Below are positions 12,151-25,397 of a stretch of 64,000 bases of DNA, piece by piece; position 1 is the first letter of the stretch; every line of letters begins with the position of its first letter. Both the position numbers and the translations under genes were made by a program. Source of the stretch: Camelus ferus (taxonomy: Eukaryota); assembly GCF_009834535.1 (NCBI RefSeq), contig NC_045696.1, positions 120,530,001-120,594,000 of the forward strand. The letters run 5' to 3'. Below the pieces are notes generated by a model. The model was not told the DNA's origin and did not search any database. It worked only from the letters and a program-made list of their open reading frames with translations.

Positions 12151-13409
12151 TGCAGAGGGGATGGGCATAAGTCAGAGGACTGGCCCTGGGGGCAGGGGAT
12201 GTGTTGAGCTCCTCCAGGCAGACGCAGCGGTGGCCTGGACTGGCCACTCTGCTGGGTGTTAGGCACGTGGTGGTGTTTGGTTCCCCTTCCTCCGTCACCT
12301 GCTCTGTGCCCAGCAGACACCATCAGTGTGCAGGGCGGAGCCACAGAGCCACCTTGGGTCCCCAGGTGGGGATCCACACCTGGAGGGGACCCTCCTTGGT
12401 GCCACCACAATCCAGCCCAGTTTCCTCAAAATCCCTGGGGTCCTGGCAGCAAGCTGAATTAGCCCTTAGGTGTCTTTTCCTGAAAACTTGAATTTTTCCT
12501 TCTCTTTGGTGAGTGCAGAATATTATTTCCCTTTATCTCTAAATGACACCCGAAGCTGCACTGTAGTTTTGCTGCTGTTGCCCTCATATGAAATAGGAGC
12601 CCAGAGAAAAAGCTCACAGAACCACTGTCATGTTTGGTCCTAATCTGACTCTGTGTGTGTGAGTGTGAAATTGACAAGGGCTCAATTTTTTTTTTTTTAA
12701 AGTATCTGCTCAGCCCACTCAGACTCAGAAGCTAATGAATTCTGTCCTGTCTCCATTGAGATCCAGTCTGATTGGGGTTGAACATTTATTCTTACTGGTC
12801 CTTCTGTTTGTGATGGTCACAGAGTCCAGGCCCAGAGGGAGTTGAGACTCTGGCACTCAGGCGGTAAGGCCCGGCCCCGGTGGGTCTGAGTTCTGAGCTT
12901 ACCTGGGATGAGCCGACTCAGTGGCCTCTGAACGCGAGGAGGCCTCCCTCCAGGGGGTGCGCACCATCCAGATTTCCTCCTACCAGTGTGCATCTTGACG
13001 CCAGGCTTCCGTCTCTCCTTCCTGCACCTGCTGCAGAGAACTGTCTGTGTTTGGCTCTTGTTCGTTTAGTGTTTATGAGACTAAACACGAATAGATGGGA
13101 CTAACCATCGCAGATCCAGAGACGCTGTCCCTGTCTCTGCGCTTCGTGAAGTAGTGGGGGAGGTGAACGATAACCAGTCACATAGAAATCTCCCACTGTG
13201 ACCAGGATACGAGCATTAAAAAGGATGCACTGGGAGCAATGAATACATTGTAACACTTACATAAGAGTTTAATCATCATACTTCAGAGTTTCTCTAAGTC
13301 GTAAGGTATATTTATTGGTTAAACCTGCATTTCTAACTGTTAAGTAAAAATGTATCAGTTAAAGCTTTCTGCATTCTTTTAAGTCGTAGTTCTCTCAGTG
13401 AGTAAGTCT

Positions 13410-13640
13410 GTAATGATAATTATAACAGTAATGGTTATGTTGATTGAGCACCTGCTACGTGCCAGGCACTGCTGTCCTAAGAACTTTCCCTGTGCTGATT
13501 CACTCCATCCTCAACACAGGCAGGGGGTGAGGTTAGGACGGCCAATACAGAGATGAGCACACTGAGGCTCAGAGAGGGTAAGTCACAGGGGCCAGGTCAC
13601 ACAGCCAGTGAGTAGTTGGGCCAGGGCTTAAACACGTCCC
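13410..13640. mobile_element. MIR
   Basis: ttgagcacctgctacgtgccaggcactg...acagagatgagcacactgaggctcagagagggtaagt core. Confidence 0.7.
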
Positions 13641-13968
13641 TGCGGTGCCCACTCTCTGCATCTAATGGTGGTTCTTACAGGCTGTCAGTCCTCTCCCAGT
13701 CTGCCTGAGATTATCAGCAGGGCTTGGACCGCCATCCCTTTGTAAACCCTGTTACGTTTCCTCATTAAATTAAAAAAAAAAAAAAGTATCGTGAAGTGTA
13801 TTTAACAGAGAGAAGTTTCAGCAACAAACACAGTACCATTGGTCTAATCTCTGGAGGCAAACGGGCATACCCCTGAACTCTTTATTATTTAGAAGGAGTT
13901 TGGTAATGAACTTACAAATTGCATTAAAACGCAAATCGGATTAGAGACTTTCCCTTGTGCTTCATTTT

Positions 13969-14087
13969 TGTTTTTTCTTTTTAAATTATTACCATTTATT
14001 TAATGGAGGTACTGGGGACTGAACCCAGGACCTTGTGCGTGCTAATGAGCATGTGCTCTGCGGCTGAGCTGTACCCTGCCACCGCCT
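13969..14087 (-). mobile_element. vic-1-type SINE with 15-bp TSD
   Basis: TSD cttgtgcttcatttt (13954) / cttgtgtttcatttt (14088). Confidence 0.85.
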
Positions 14088-14319
14088 CTTGTGTTTCATT
14101 TTAAAAGCACACAGTTTCTCTGATAGCATCTGTAATTATTCAAGGTTTCCACACTTAATATTTTAAGTGTTTGTTCTACTATTTAAGTGATTAGTATCTC
14201 ATGATTTAACGTTCAGTTATTTTAATACTGCACGTGTAGAGGTACTCGGCCTCCCATGCAGGTACCTTTCGTCTGTGTTAAGCGAGTGCGCTCCGGGTAA
14301 AGGTGCCCTTGCCTCGTAG

Positions 14320-14813
14320 GGAAACCCGAGTGCCCCGTGCATCCCACCGAGCTGGTGTTCGCGCTGGACCAGTCCCGGGGCGTCACGGAGCCGGAGTTTG
14401 TGCGGATGAAGGAGATGATGTCCTCCGTGGTGCGGGGCCTCCGGGTCCGGGAGCACAGCTGCCCCGCAGGCGCGCGCGTGGCCGTCCTCGCCTACGACTC
14501 CCACGCCAGGCACCTCATCCGCTTCTCGGACGCCTACGGGAAGGACCGACTCCTCCGGGAAATCCAGGCCCTTCCTTACGAGCGGTCCTCAGCCGGCCGG
14601 GAGGTCGGCCAGGCCATGAGGTTCGTCTCCAGGCACGTGTTCAAGCGCGCGCTCCCGGGCGCGCACACCCGCCGGGTCGCCACCTTCTTCAGCGGAGGCC
14701 CGTCCGCCGACCCCCAGACCATCACCACGGCCACCTTGGAGTTCAGCGCCCTGGACATCATCCCAGTGGTGATCGCCTTCACCAACGTGCCCTCCGTCCG
14801 GCGCTCGTTCGCG
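14320..14813 (+). CDS. COL6A6: COL6A6 exon encoding most of the first C-terminal vWA domain (GKPECPVHPTELVFALDQS...VRRSFA), 494 nt
   Basis: ctcgtag acceptor, gtaaga donor; ORF 14337..14837; vWA beta-A strand LVFALD. Confidence 0.96.
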
Positions 14814-17615
14814 GTAAGAAGGGGAACCCTGTCATAGGACTTGCTTCTCCTTTTGCCGATGTTTAGAACTGTACTAAGCATTTATTGCTACCAACCGGAA
14901 GATGCCAAGCCCTCTAAACGCATTATCCTGTTCCATGCTCACAAGCAGTCTGCATGAGACGGGAATAATTGTTACTCCCGTTGGCTGGATGAGAAAACCG
15001 AGCCTGGAGAACCTGACCTACATGCCCGGGTTCACAGATTAGAAGTGGCAACATCAGGGCTTGAACCCAGGCTTGCTATTCTAGCGCTCCTCTGAGGGCC
15101 TTTCTGAGTTGCCTCTAAGTGTAAAAATACTTAATAACGGCCAGTAAATGTTCCCGGATGTCACTGACACGGCCAGGGTGGCAGTCATTGCCGTAGGTGT
15201 TAACCAACGGACTGATTGGATAACTTCACCGATCATGTCGATGTCCACATTTTATAAAGGAAGAGTCATGCCAGCTACAGCTTCTTAAGTTGCAGCTTAA
15301 AATCTTACTGTGTAGCATTTCTAAATCAACCGCCCAGGATCACAATGACCTTGAAAACACCCTATGGCAGGGGGTCCACACAGAAGGCCCGCTGGACCCG
15401 GCAAAGTTCCGTGTCCACCCAGTATGCTGTCTTGTTCTCCGTTCGTGGGGAGAGCCTGGGGAGGGGCCCCAAGCAGCCACCAAGGGTGTTGGAAGAATGC
15501 ACCTTGAACCAGCAGGACAAGCATTTGAATGTTATTTCATGTAGAGAAAGTGAGTCACTGTCTTCAAGTGTGTGGAAGATTATTACCAGCTGAACTCCAA
15601 GTCAGAGAAACCTCTTATTAGGGAAACAGCAGGGCAAACCCCAGGTTAGACTTAACTAAGAACTTCCCAAAGGCAGGATTGACTTATATTGTCATAGGCC
15701 AAATGGCTCAAGGTAGGTGGTCAAGATGCCACCTTTTTGTGAGAGGTCACTCACCTGTTGACTTCTGTCCCTCTTGGAGACTGGCAGCTATGAGGAAGCA
15801 GCCTTCTGGGGCCCTTTCCAGCTCCCTAATTTTCTGTGAAATTGTTAAAAATGAGCAGACCAGATTGAAAGGTGGTACTCCTCTGTAAAGTACGGAGAGC
15901 AGAGCTTGTCTCCTGGGGCTGGTGGTGAAGGTGAAATGATGTCACTCCACGCCCCAGGCCCTTGGAGCTTCTGGTGAGCACGCCAGGATGCTAGCTTTTG
16001 CTTTAAATATGACTGTTATCAGTTGCTTGATGCAAAATGAAAATCTGTTGAACAGTATTAAAGTCTGGCTTGTAAAGGAGCTGAACCCACTGTTAGCATC
16101 TTTGAACTAACTCAGAATTATGCAGTTGAACAGGCTGATGTACGAGGCTCATGAAAGAAAAAGCACATAACTGAGAAAACTGGGGCCAGGTTACACGGAG
16201 GCAGCAGCTCGGAAGTGGATGGATCTGGGTGCGCACGGAGTCCTCTTCATTCCCGGTTTACTGGGAGCCCCCATGGCCCCTGGCCTTTATTTAGTCACAA
16301 AACAGGAGACAACTCTTAATATCCTGATGCAAATGGTTGGTGGTACTTGTGATATAAATTCAAACAGATGCAATTCCACCCACCCCCTCAAAGCTCTGTG
16401 CCTAGCATAGAACTTAAGAAAACGTTTTGTGAGGTTTGTCTTTTTAAACTGTGGAGGGTTAACAGTCCCTCTTAGAGATTCTATCCAAATCACCTAGGGA
16501 CTCTGCTCCTTTCTTGAAGGAGTTTATCTTAAAAGAGCCCCAGCGAAGGTTCAGATTCTTGACAGTGACCTTCAGAAGTCAGACTTGGTTCCAAGGTGCA
16601 TCCATCCAGCAGATGGTGAGTGAGCAGCTTGTGTAGACCAGGTGCGCCCTAGGCTCTGGGGGAGACAGGGTAAAGTAGAAAACCAGAAACCTCGTCCACT
16701 CGAGGGCGCAGCTGTGCAGGGCTGTCCAGAAGGTCTCCGTGCAAGCTGGTGAGAAGCCAGTACCTGACATTTCAAAAGAGATCATGTTGCCACTTCTCCA
16801 TTTTCCCTCTTTTTCTTCCATCATTCTCTTCCCTTGTGCTTACCTACACCTAAACTTGTTTTTTATTAAGAACAGAAGTCCATTTTAGTGACGCGATGAA
16901 TTCTTATTTGGAGGCTATATCACAAAACCCTAGTTCGATGCATCATCATCATGCCTTTGACATCTCAAATCATCTGAGAGTTTGGCAGAATCCAAATGAA
17001 ATTTGGAGCCAGTGTGGACATGTGGGGCAGGTCTCAGCAGCCGACACAGGCTCGCTTCCCTATGTGTCTGAGCAAACGGGTTGTGCGTCTGATTTCTCCT
17101 GCTGCTCTGGGACTTGGTGGGGAGGGCGCGTCTCGGGTCCTCTTCTTTAAACGGCTTCCGTGTCATGTCGTCTGATCTTCCTTTGACCTTCCTTGGAGCT
17201 TGTTTCCCATCTATAAAACAGGGACGACGTGAGAAGAACGAGCTCCCTGGGCTTTGCGACGATGGGTGTGGAAGTGCTTGGTGTCTGTCACCACTCGCGA
17301 GGCACCCACCAGGTGCCAGAAAAGTTCTTTTCCGTTAGGAACTGATGTAGCGCCCCCAGTGGTCTTCGTAGGGATTGTGATGACTCCGTTTCACAAGTGA
17401 GGGAAGAAGCCGAGGCAAAGGAGGAACCTGTCATCCAGCTGCAGGGGGAGTCAGCTTAAACCCAGGCAGTGGTCTCAGCACCCCTCCCCTCCCCACCCCA
17501 TTGTGCTTCCTCCCTGGACCCCCTTAGCAGGGGCCCCATCGCGCTCTCCAGTCCATCCTGGGAGGGTCCTGCCACCCCACCAGGCAGCTCTTCCTCCTGC
17601 TTCCCCTCCTTGCAG

Positions 17616-17712
17616 ATCGAGGACACTGGCACATTCCAGGTCATCATGGTTCCGTCCGGAGCGGATTACACGCCAGCGCTGGAGGGCCTGCAGCGGTGCA
17701 CTTTCTGCTACG
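17616..17712 (+). CDS. COL6A6: COL6A6 exon (IEDTGTFQVIMVPSGADYTPALEGLQRCTFCY+G), 97 nt
   Basis: cttgcag acceptor, gtaaga donor, phase 0/1. Confidence 0.95.
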
Positions 17713-20132
17713 GTAAGACCCACAGACAGGATGTACCCTGATCTGGCCCCTCAAGTGCAGTGAGTCACCGCTGGCAGGAGCGGCTGGAACTTGGCAGCAG
17801 GGATGCCCAGAGCCACGGGAGCACCTCCCTGGGGCTCTGCGCTGCCCCGCCCCCAGATGGAGTGGGGACACTAGTGCCGCCGCCAGGAAACCGTCATCAT
17901 TTTCAGAAAAACTTCAGCCTGTCCCATTGCCAAGCTTTTCATGCTGTAAAGTATATTTATGAATTTTCAAAATCTCTAGCGTTCACCAGCCAAAGAAATG
18001 CTTTGCAGGAGAAATGGAAATTAGCAGAGATTCGTGCATTGCTCGTTGGAAGGAGGCTTCACGGACTCCCACGTGTCACGCATCAAGAAGAGTCGCAGTG
18101 CTGGTTTGTCTGTGGTGTTTTAGACGCAGTCTAAAACACCACAGCTGGAGAACTGGCCAGACCAAATAGGAGACTAAATATAACTGGACAATTAATAATA
18201 ATTGGAGTGCTCTAATAATTACAAAGACAGGTTTGAACCTTCTGTGTCTTTTTGCTCTAATAATTACAAAGATTGCTGGTGGGTGTGACGGCTAACAGTT
18301 ATCAGACACTCATCATTAGCCATGCACCGCTCTGACCGCTGACGGTGGTAATGAGGACAGTTAATACTTAAGCTGCTGTGTTCACTGTGTTCTAAGGACT
18401 CTTCTCATTGTTTGATTCAATCCTTATAATCGCTCTAAAACATCTGAATGGTTATTAGCTCCTTTTTACAGGGGAGATGAAATAGTTTGCTTACAGCCAG
18501 GTCACACCCAAGAAAGCTGGCTTTAAAACACTTGCAGTTCATGAGTGGCCCTGATGGATCCCTGGAGCTCCGTGCCACAGAGGCGACCTCGCAGGGAGGT
18601 GCGACTCTGAGGGAGACGCGGGAGGTCTTCTAGGAGCCCTCTCCTTTCCGTCTTCCCCTCTGCTTCCCTCTGATGGGTCCCTCCCTTCCCCGCTGCCCCC
18701 GGGTTGCACAGGGCCTGTCACGTGCCGGCACTCTGCGCACCGCTGTTAAGGGTCCGAGCGTCCCCTGGGCGGACCCGGCCCACCTTGAGCACTCGGCTGC
18801 GCGGTCACTCAGTGACCGCAGCGCACTGGTATGCTGCACGGTCAGAGGGCGCACATGTGTGTCTGGGGATAGATCTTGGCTCTGCTTCTTGGCTGAAACT
18901 CTTGTTTTGTCTCTAAGGCTTTTAAGGGAAGCTATTTTGGCTGTCATTTCCTGCAGCTAAGAAACCCCGCAAAAATTGAACCAGTGGGCGGCGTGCGGTG
19001 CCCGGTTTTGGAAAGCCTCTCGCACACAGGTGACCATGCTGTCCCCTGACAAACGTGAAGCGTGGTCGTCAGATCTTGCTGAGTGTCGAGAGGGGAACCG
19101 TGACTTGTTGGGAGCCGTGTCCTCACCAAGTCCATGAGTGGGACTGAAGTTCTGCAGCTGGCCGCACACCCTGGGGGCTGCATCCTCGGGATGACCCTTA
19201 CATCTCAAAGTTTTTATTCACGTCCCAGATCCACATCTAAGTTGTCCACACTCGTGTTTTTGGTTTCTCTTTCTTCTCTTTGGCTTTTAAAGAGGACATT
19301 CTCCTTCAGTGTCGGCTGTGGCTGAAAAGCCAGGATTGCAGGATGTCAGCCCTGGAAGGGCTCTCGGGACGAGTCTCATGCAGTCACCTCGCTGTGCAGA
19401 ATTGAGGCCCAGCGGTGGCTTGGACAGGCCCACCCCGCAGGCTTGTCTCTGGGGACAGCGAGACCAGAACCCAGACATCGTGGCTCTCAGGCCCTGCGAC
19501 CGCCCGGCTGCGGTCCCACACGGCCTCGTCTCTGACAATATGGCCCTGATAGGCAGACACTTGAAACACTGGTGTATCTTTGGCAAAGTGACTTCACCCT
19601 CCTGGCCTCAGTAAAATTAGAAGAGTAGGTGACCTCTAAGATCCTTTTTATTTCCGATTTCTTTTTCTTCCTCTGAATATTCATTGTGGTCAGAGCCAAT
19701 GAAATCCATTCTCTGTTTTTATGACCACCCTTTTCGTAAAGGAGATGTGCATGTTTATTAAAATGACCTCACGCGTTATGAAAGCCCATTAGCCTGCAGC
19801 GTTTGTGTGTGTTTATTTAACAAGCACATATTGAGCTTTCGACTAACAGGCACTTTAGACATACAAACATGGGTGGTAGCTCTGTCCTGAATGTCTACGC
19901 AGAGCCAGACGTCACGTTATAAACCTTTACTTGAATTGAAATACAAGGCTCCTTGCTTTTCTTCACTCAGTCTTAAGCAGATGACTTTTCAGACTAAAGT
20001 CAGAGGCCATTCGCTTTTACATCATGGTAGTGTACTCGTACAAGCGCAAGATGAATTGTCCACTTCATTCTTTATAAACTTAAAACACAGCCGAGATGAA
20101 ACTTCTGTTAGACAGCCTCATTTTAAAAAGTT

Positions 20133-20243
20133 GGGGGGCAGGGTAGAGCTCAGTGGTGGAGTGCATGCTTGGCACGCACGAGGTCCTGGGTTCAGTCCCC
20201 AGTACCTCCGTTGAAAAAATGAATAAATAAAATGAAAAATTAA
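20133..20243 (+). mobile_element. vic-1-type SINE
   Basis: agctcagtggtggag...gggttcagtccccagtacctcc plus A-rich tail. Confidence 0.85.
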
Positions 20244-20481
20244 AGGTCAGACAACAGTCATGAATGGGATTCAAGACACAGGCTGGATATAAAGTCTGTG
20301 CTGTTTGGATAAAGATGTAATCCACATACTAGGAAACCTTCCCGTTGCTGCTCCCAGAGTCACTTAGAAGCTCTGTGAACATCAGAGATGAGGCGCTTCC
20401 CAGTGCTGAAATATCTGAGATGCTGCCCTTCCTCTTCTGTCCATTCCTGGTGAGTAACCCTCGGTGACTTTTGCTCCACAG

Positions 20482-21153
20482 ACATATGCAACCCGGATGC
20501 TTCTTGCGATCAGGCCAGACCACCTCCCGTGCAGGCTTACGTGGATGCTGCGTTCCTGGTGGACAGCTCCCGGCACGTGGGGAGGGCGGAGTTTGAAGAC
20601 ATCAGGGGCTTCCTGGGCGCGCTGTTGGATCACTTTGAAGTCAGCCCGGAGCCCGAGACCTCTGTCACTGGAGACCGGGTGGCCCTCCTGAGCTACGCTC
20701 CCCCTGGCTTCCTCGCCCGCTCTCAGGGGAGTCCCGTTAGGACTGAGTTCAACCTCACCACCTACAGGAGTAAACGTCTCATGAAGAGGCACGTGGACGA
20801 GTCGGTGCAGCAGCTCCACGGAGATGCTTTCCTTGGCCACGCCCTGCAGTGGGCTCTGGACAATGTCTTCCTAAAGACACCCAACCTGAGGAGAAACAAA
20901 GTCATTTTCGTGATATCAGCGGGGGAAACCAGTCACCTGGACAGGGAAACCTTGAGGAAAGAATCCTGGAGAGCCAAGTGTCAAGGTTATGCTCTCTTTG
21001 TGTTCTCCCTGGGCCCTTCGTGGAGTGACCAGGAACTGGAGGACCTAGCCAGCTTCCCTCTGGATCACCATCTGATCCAGCTTGGCCGCATCCATAAACC
21101 TGACCACAGTTATGGCGTGAAGTTTTTGAAGGCTTTTATGAGCTCCGTCAGGC
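20482..21153 (+). CDS. COL6A6: COL6A6 exon encoding the second C-terminal vWA domain (DICNPDASCDQ...AFMSSVR), 672 nt
   Basis: ctccacag acceptor, gtaagt donor; ORF 20529..21164; DAAFLVDSS vWA motif; phase 1/1. Confidence 0.96.
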
Positions 21154-22119
21154 GTAAGTCATAAAATCCGTTCCTCCTCGCACATTCAGAGTATAACTTG
21201 GTATTCCCCAAAGAAGGGTTCATGAGCTGACGTGGTTCTTGGAAACCTCTGTCTCCAAGGGCACCGCAGGGTCAGAGAGGAAAATGTGGAATGATGGAGG
21301 GTGGAGGGAGGGAGCCTCTGATTTCTAAGCATTTCATTTTCTGGCTCATCTTTTTTATGCCTCTCGTTCCTATGGAGACGCAGTCATAACAAGCAGCTGC
21401 TCACACATCTGTCTGCAGGGAGCAGTAGAGTCCAGGGGTGGGAAGTCACAGCCTAGACATGAGCTAGAGTGGAAACCCCCACGGTGGAACATGATCCTGC
21501 TGTCCTTTGATAGAAAGTGTGACCATGTAACACACCCCAAGAGAGCCCAAGAAAAATTCAGCAGTTCTGGGCTTTGCTTTTACAAGGTCCCAAGACAGAA
21601 TTTGAAGTCTTAAGAGACACCCTTCTACCGGTCAGTGAAAGATACCCACCTGCAAAATTTCTCAGCCTTGTTAATGACTTTGTATGATCCCCGTAATTAG
21701 TGTAACAGGTGCCCATAAAAAAGAAACGCAGGCTGTTTCTTGGCGTGAGCTTGCCTTGAAAGTATGCGATTCGTTTCAAATGGAATGGGATGGATTAAAA
21801 GAAACCATGTCCTGATGTGGCTCTGGAGGTTGACAACCACGGTTGGGTTTCTGATTGTTTTCATGGTGAACATACTCTTGGGGGTTAGATAAAAAAAAAA
21901 AAAAAAAGTGAACGCTCAGGCTAAGAAGTACGCAGTGCAGCTGAAGGGAGCTTCTGACCACGTCCCAAACTTGTCACTGACGTTGCACGGTGAGACCTGC
22001 TAAGGCGGCAAAGACGTGGACGGGCCGGGGTCGGTGAGGTCTGGGGAGCCTGGGGAAGTGGTCAGTGGGGCTGCTGCTGTGTCCCCTGGTCCCCTGCTCC
22101 CCCAGGTGTCAGTCTAGGA

Positions 22120-22257
22120 CCCACCTCCCAGCATCATCTAGGAGCTTATGAAGAATGCAGAATCTCAGGCCCTGCCCCAGGCAGTCTGATCCAGAATCTG
22201 CATGTTATCAGGAGTCCCAGGGGATCCGCATGCACATTATGGTTTGAGAAACCCAGA
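22120..22257. mobile_element. MER5A-like hAT MITE
   Basis: aatgcagaatctcaggccctgccccag...cagaatctgcat...gcacattatggtttgagaa. Confidence 0.7.
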
Positions 22258-22711
22258 TACACGAGCAGTGTGTTCCTAGAATGAAATGTGCATGGGCATG
22301 TTCTGTAATAGGGACCAGGAAGCTGAGCCACGAGAAATGAGGCACAAAGTACGGGGTGCTGGGGGTCTTTCTGAGGAAGAGATCACAAAGGATTTGTAAG
22401 GGTGAAACAAAAGAACACCCAGAAAGATGCAGAAACTTTTAAAGAAACACTCCTTATAAGGCAAAAAGTTGAAAGGAAGTTAAGATGGAGTTTCCATTCC
22501 CAGCCCCCCAAATTCGTGGTGGTGTTCCATGGTAATTAGTCCAACTGCATTAAAGGACACCCTCGCCACCACCCAGGGGAAGGGGAAGAGGTATTTAAGG
22601 AGGAATGATGGGGTAAGGGAGAGACATATTAAGTGCTTTTGAAAAACTATGACCATGACATGGTTATACACCACTTTTCTGAAACTTAAGTATCAAGAAA
22701 TTGCCAATCTT

Positions 22712-22835
22712 GGTGGCGGGGAGGGTGTAGCTCAGGGGTAGTGTGTGTTTAGCACGCACGAGCTCCTGGGTTCAATCCCCAGTACCTCCATTAAAATAAG
22801 AAAATAAACAAGCAACCCCCCCCAAATAAATAAAT
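22712..22835 (+). mobile_element. vic-1-type SINE
   Basis: tRNA-like head and A-rich tail; degenerate TSD aaga...aatctt on both sides. Confidence 0.85.
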
Positions 22836-23919
22836 AAGACATCTCTAATCTTTATAGCTGTAAATCCAGCCTGCTGCATCCCGTAGCAGGCCCCCAGATG
22901 CACTCTCCCAACTTTCCCACGTGTGTATGAGGTACCTGCCCTGAGCCACTCCCTGCTCAGATGCGGGATATCAAGGGGTGACCCACACTGTTGTGGTCTC
23001 TGCCCTCCTGGGGGTTCTTCCAGCTCTCTCTGAGCCCACCCCGCTGTGACAGAGTTGGCTGTCAGGCACAGTCTGCATTGGAATCAACACATTTTCTAAG
23101 TAAGACTACTGACAAACAACATGATGGCCAGAGTTAAGACAGATTAAAAAAAAAAAAAAAAAAAAAACCTAAAAATCAGATGCACAACCAAGGAAACGTC
23201 GCAGTCCTGGCCGTGCGGTTGAGAAGCACCCACCCAGTCCACAGCAGCAGCCCCGGAGGTGGTGGCCCAGCCCAGGACAGGCTCGCTACTTACCACGACA
23301 CTGGGTCACCAGGAAGAGATTTCATCGTGTTTAACACACAATTAAACTTAATGCTGCCAGGAAATAAATCATGCAGTTTTTAAAAGGTTCCCATCACAAA
23401 ATGACCTTTAAATGGTTTGGGGAAGAGGCATGCTTTATTACTATGAAAAAATGATCATACTTCAGAGGAAATGAGCCACTAATGAATTAAACCCAAGATG
23501 GCGCTGTGGTTACAGTTGCTGTCAATGACACAGAGACCAGAAGGGGAATGTCTTTCCCCTCTGCGTTTTGATATTCCAAAGGAGCAGATAAAAAATAGCT
23601 GTTCTGCTTGGTTCATGTCAGTTAGAGGCTAGACTCTTAGGATGGACTCATGATGCCTCCTCTAATGTTTGATGGGTGTCAGCAGCGAAGGGCATCTTAC
23701 TAAAGGGCAAGTTGGATTCTCCACCTGTAAATTTGGCAGAGATGCATTTTCTGAACCCAGTTTCAGAGGCTCCCCTGGGAAGTCTTCTCAGTCCCTTAGC
23801 TGGTGTCTTCCTTTGGTGGATGCTGAAGGCGGCGAAGGGACACTTGGCATACAGAGCGGGTTGCTGTAGTGTTCCCTGCTGTGATTGAGGGTCTGCTCAC
23901 ACATGTTTTCTCCTCCCAG

Positions 23920-24013
23920 GCGCGATCAACAAATACCCACCGATAAACATCAGAGCAAAGTGCAGCAGGCTGGGCGCCCCGGATCCGCAGCAGCCCCCAC
24001 GGCAGCTTCAAAG
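23920..24013 (+). CDS. COL6A6: COL6A6 penultimate exon (RAINKYPPINIRAKCSRLGAPDPQQPPRQLQ), 94 nt
   Basis: ctcccag acceptor, gtaccg donor, phase 1/2; AINKYPP motif. Confidence 0.93.
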
Positions 24014-24814
24014 GTACCGCCTGCTTGGTATTACCTGAAAGATGAATGTGCTGCCCTCTCCCTCCTCCTCTTCTCCCTCTTCGCTGTCCTATTTGGATAA
24101 AACCTTTACAGGGCGAGGTCTGGCGGTACCCACTGTAACAACCCAGATCTGACAGCGTGTGCCCCTGAGGGCAGATACAGCGTCACCCACATGAGATTCT
24201 TGCTGGAAATGTCTGACCCAAGTCTAATAACGAGGAAACCACTGGGACAGTTCCAGAATGTAGAATATCCTTCCTAGGTTTCAGTGGCATGAACAGCAGA
24301 GGGATGCGGGGACTGTTCTAGAATGGGAGAGACCACGGGGACTCAACAGCCACACATAATGGCTCCTAAATCAGGAAAAAAAGAAAAAAGGAGCTGATAC
24401 TGATGACATTTGGGTGATAACTGGAGACATTTGAGTATGAACAATAGGTTGGTTGGTATTATTGATTCACATGAATTTCCTTCTGTGTGGCAGTAGCACC
24501 ATGTTTGTGTAAGTGTCTTTGTTCTTGAGAGAGGTGTGCTGAAGTATTTCAGAGTCACATGTATAATGGCTGCAACCTACTTTCAGACGGTTTCCTAAAG
24601 GGGAGTGGAACGGTGTGTGTGTGTAAATATATTAAGTATATATGTGTATATAGAGATATATGTGCTTGTATGTACACACACAAAGTAGTAAGATGGTAAC
24701 AGCTGGAGAATCATCTAGGTGAAAGGTATACAGGTATACGTTCATGGTTCTCTGTTCTTTAAAATATTCTGTGAATTTGACAGTTTTCAAAAGAAAAAGA
24801 TAACTTGTAAAACT

Positions 24815-25397
24815 TAATGGATGTCAGATGAATGGATAAAGAAAATAAGATATATAAATATATACACTGGAATATTACTCAGCTATAAAAAATAATGAAA
24901 TAATGCCATTTGCAGCAACATGGATGGACCCAGAGATGATCATACTAAGTGAAACGTCAAAGAGAGAAAGACAAGTATCATATGATATCACTTATATGTG
25001 GAATCTAAAAAAAAAGATACAAAGGAACTTATTTACAAACTAGAAATAGACTCACAGACATAGAAAACAAACTGTGGTTACCAAAGGGGAAAGTGGTTGG
25101 GTGGGGAGGGATAAATTGGGGGAGTTTGGGATTTGCAGATACATACTACTGTATATAAAACAGGTAAATAACAAGGACTTACTACATAGCACAGGGAACT
25201 ATATTCAACATCTTGTAATAACCTATAGTGGAAAAGAATCTGAAAAGAATCATATATATATATATATATATCAGTTACATATATACACCAATTATATATA
25301 CACACACTTATATATAACTGAATCACTTTGCTATTATGCACCTGAAACTAACACAACATTGTAAATCAACTATATTTCAATAAAAAATAAAAATTAA
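24815..25397 (+). mobile_element. 5'-truncated L1 3' end (ORF2 tail, 3'UTR, poly(A))
   Basis: atgccatttgcagcaacatggatggacc...tgtaaatcaactatatttcaataaaaaa. Confidence 0.9.

Noticed and set aside
14303..14881. Overlapping Arg/Gly/Pro-rich ORFs (187 aa on +, 101 aa on -)
   Set aside because: Alternative frames of a very GC-rich exon where stop codons are rare.
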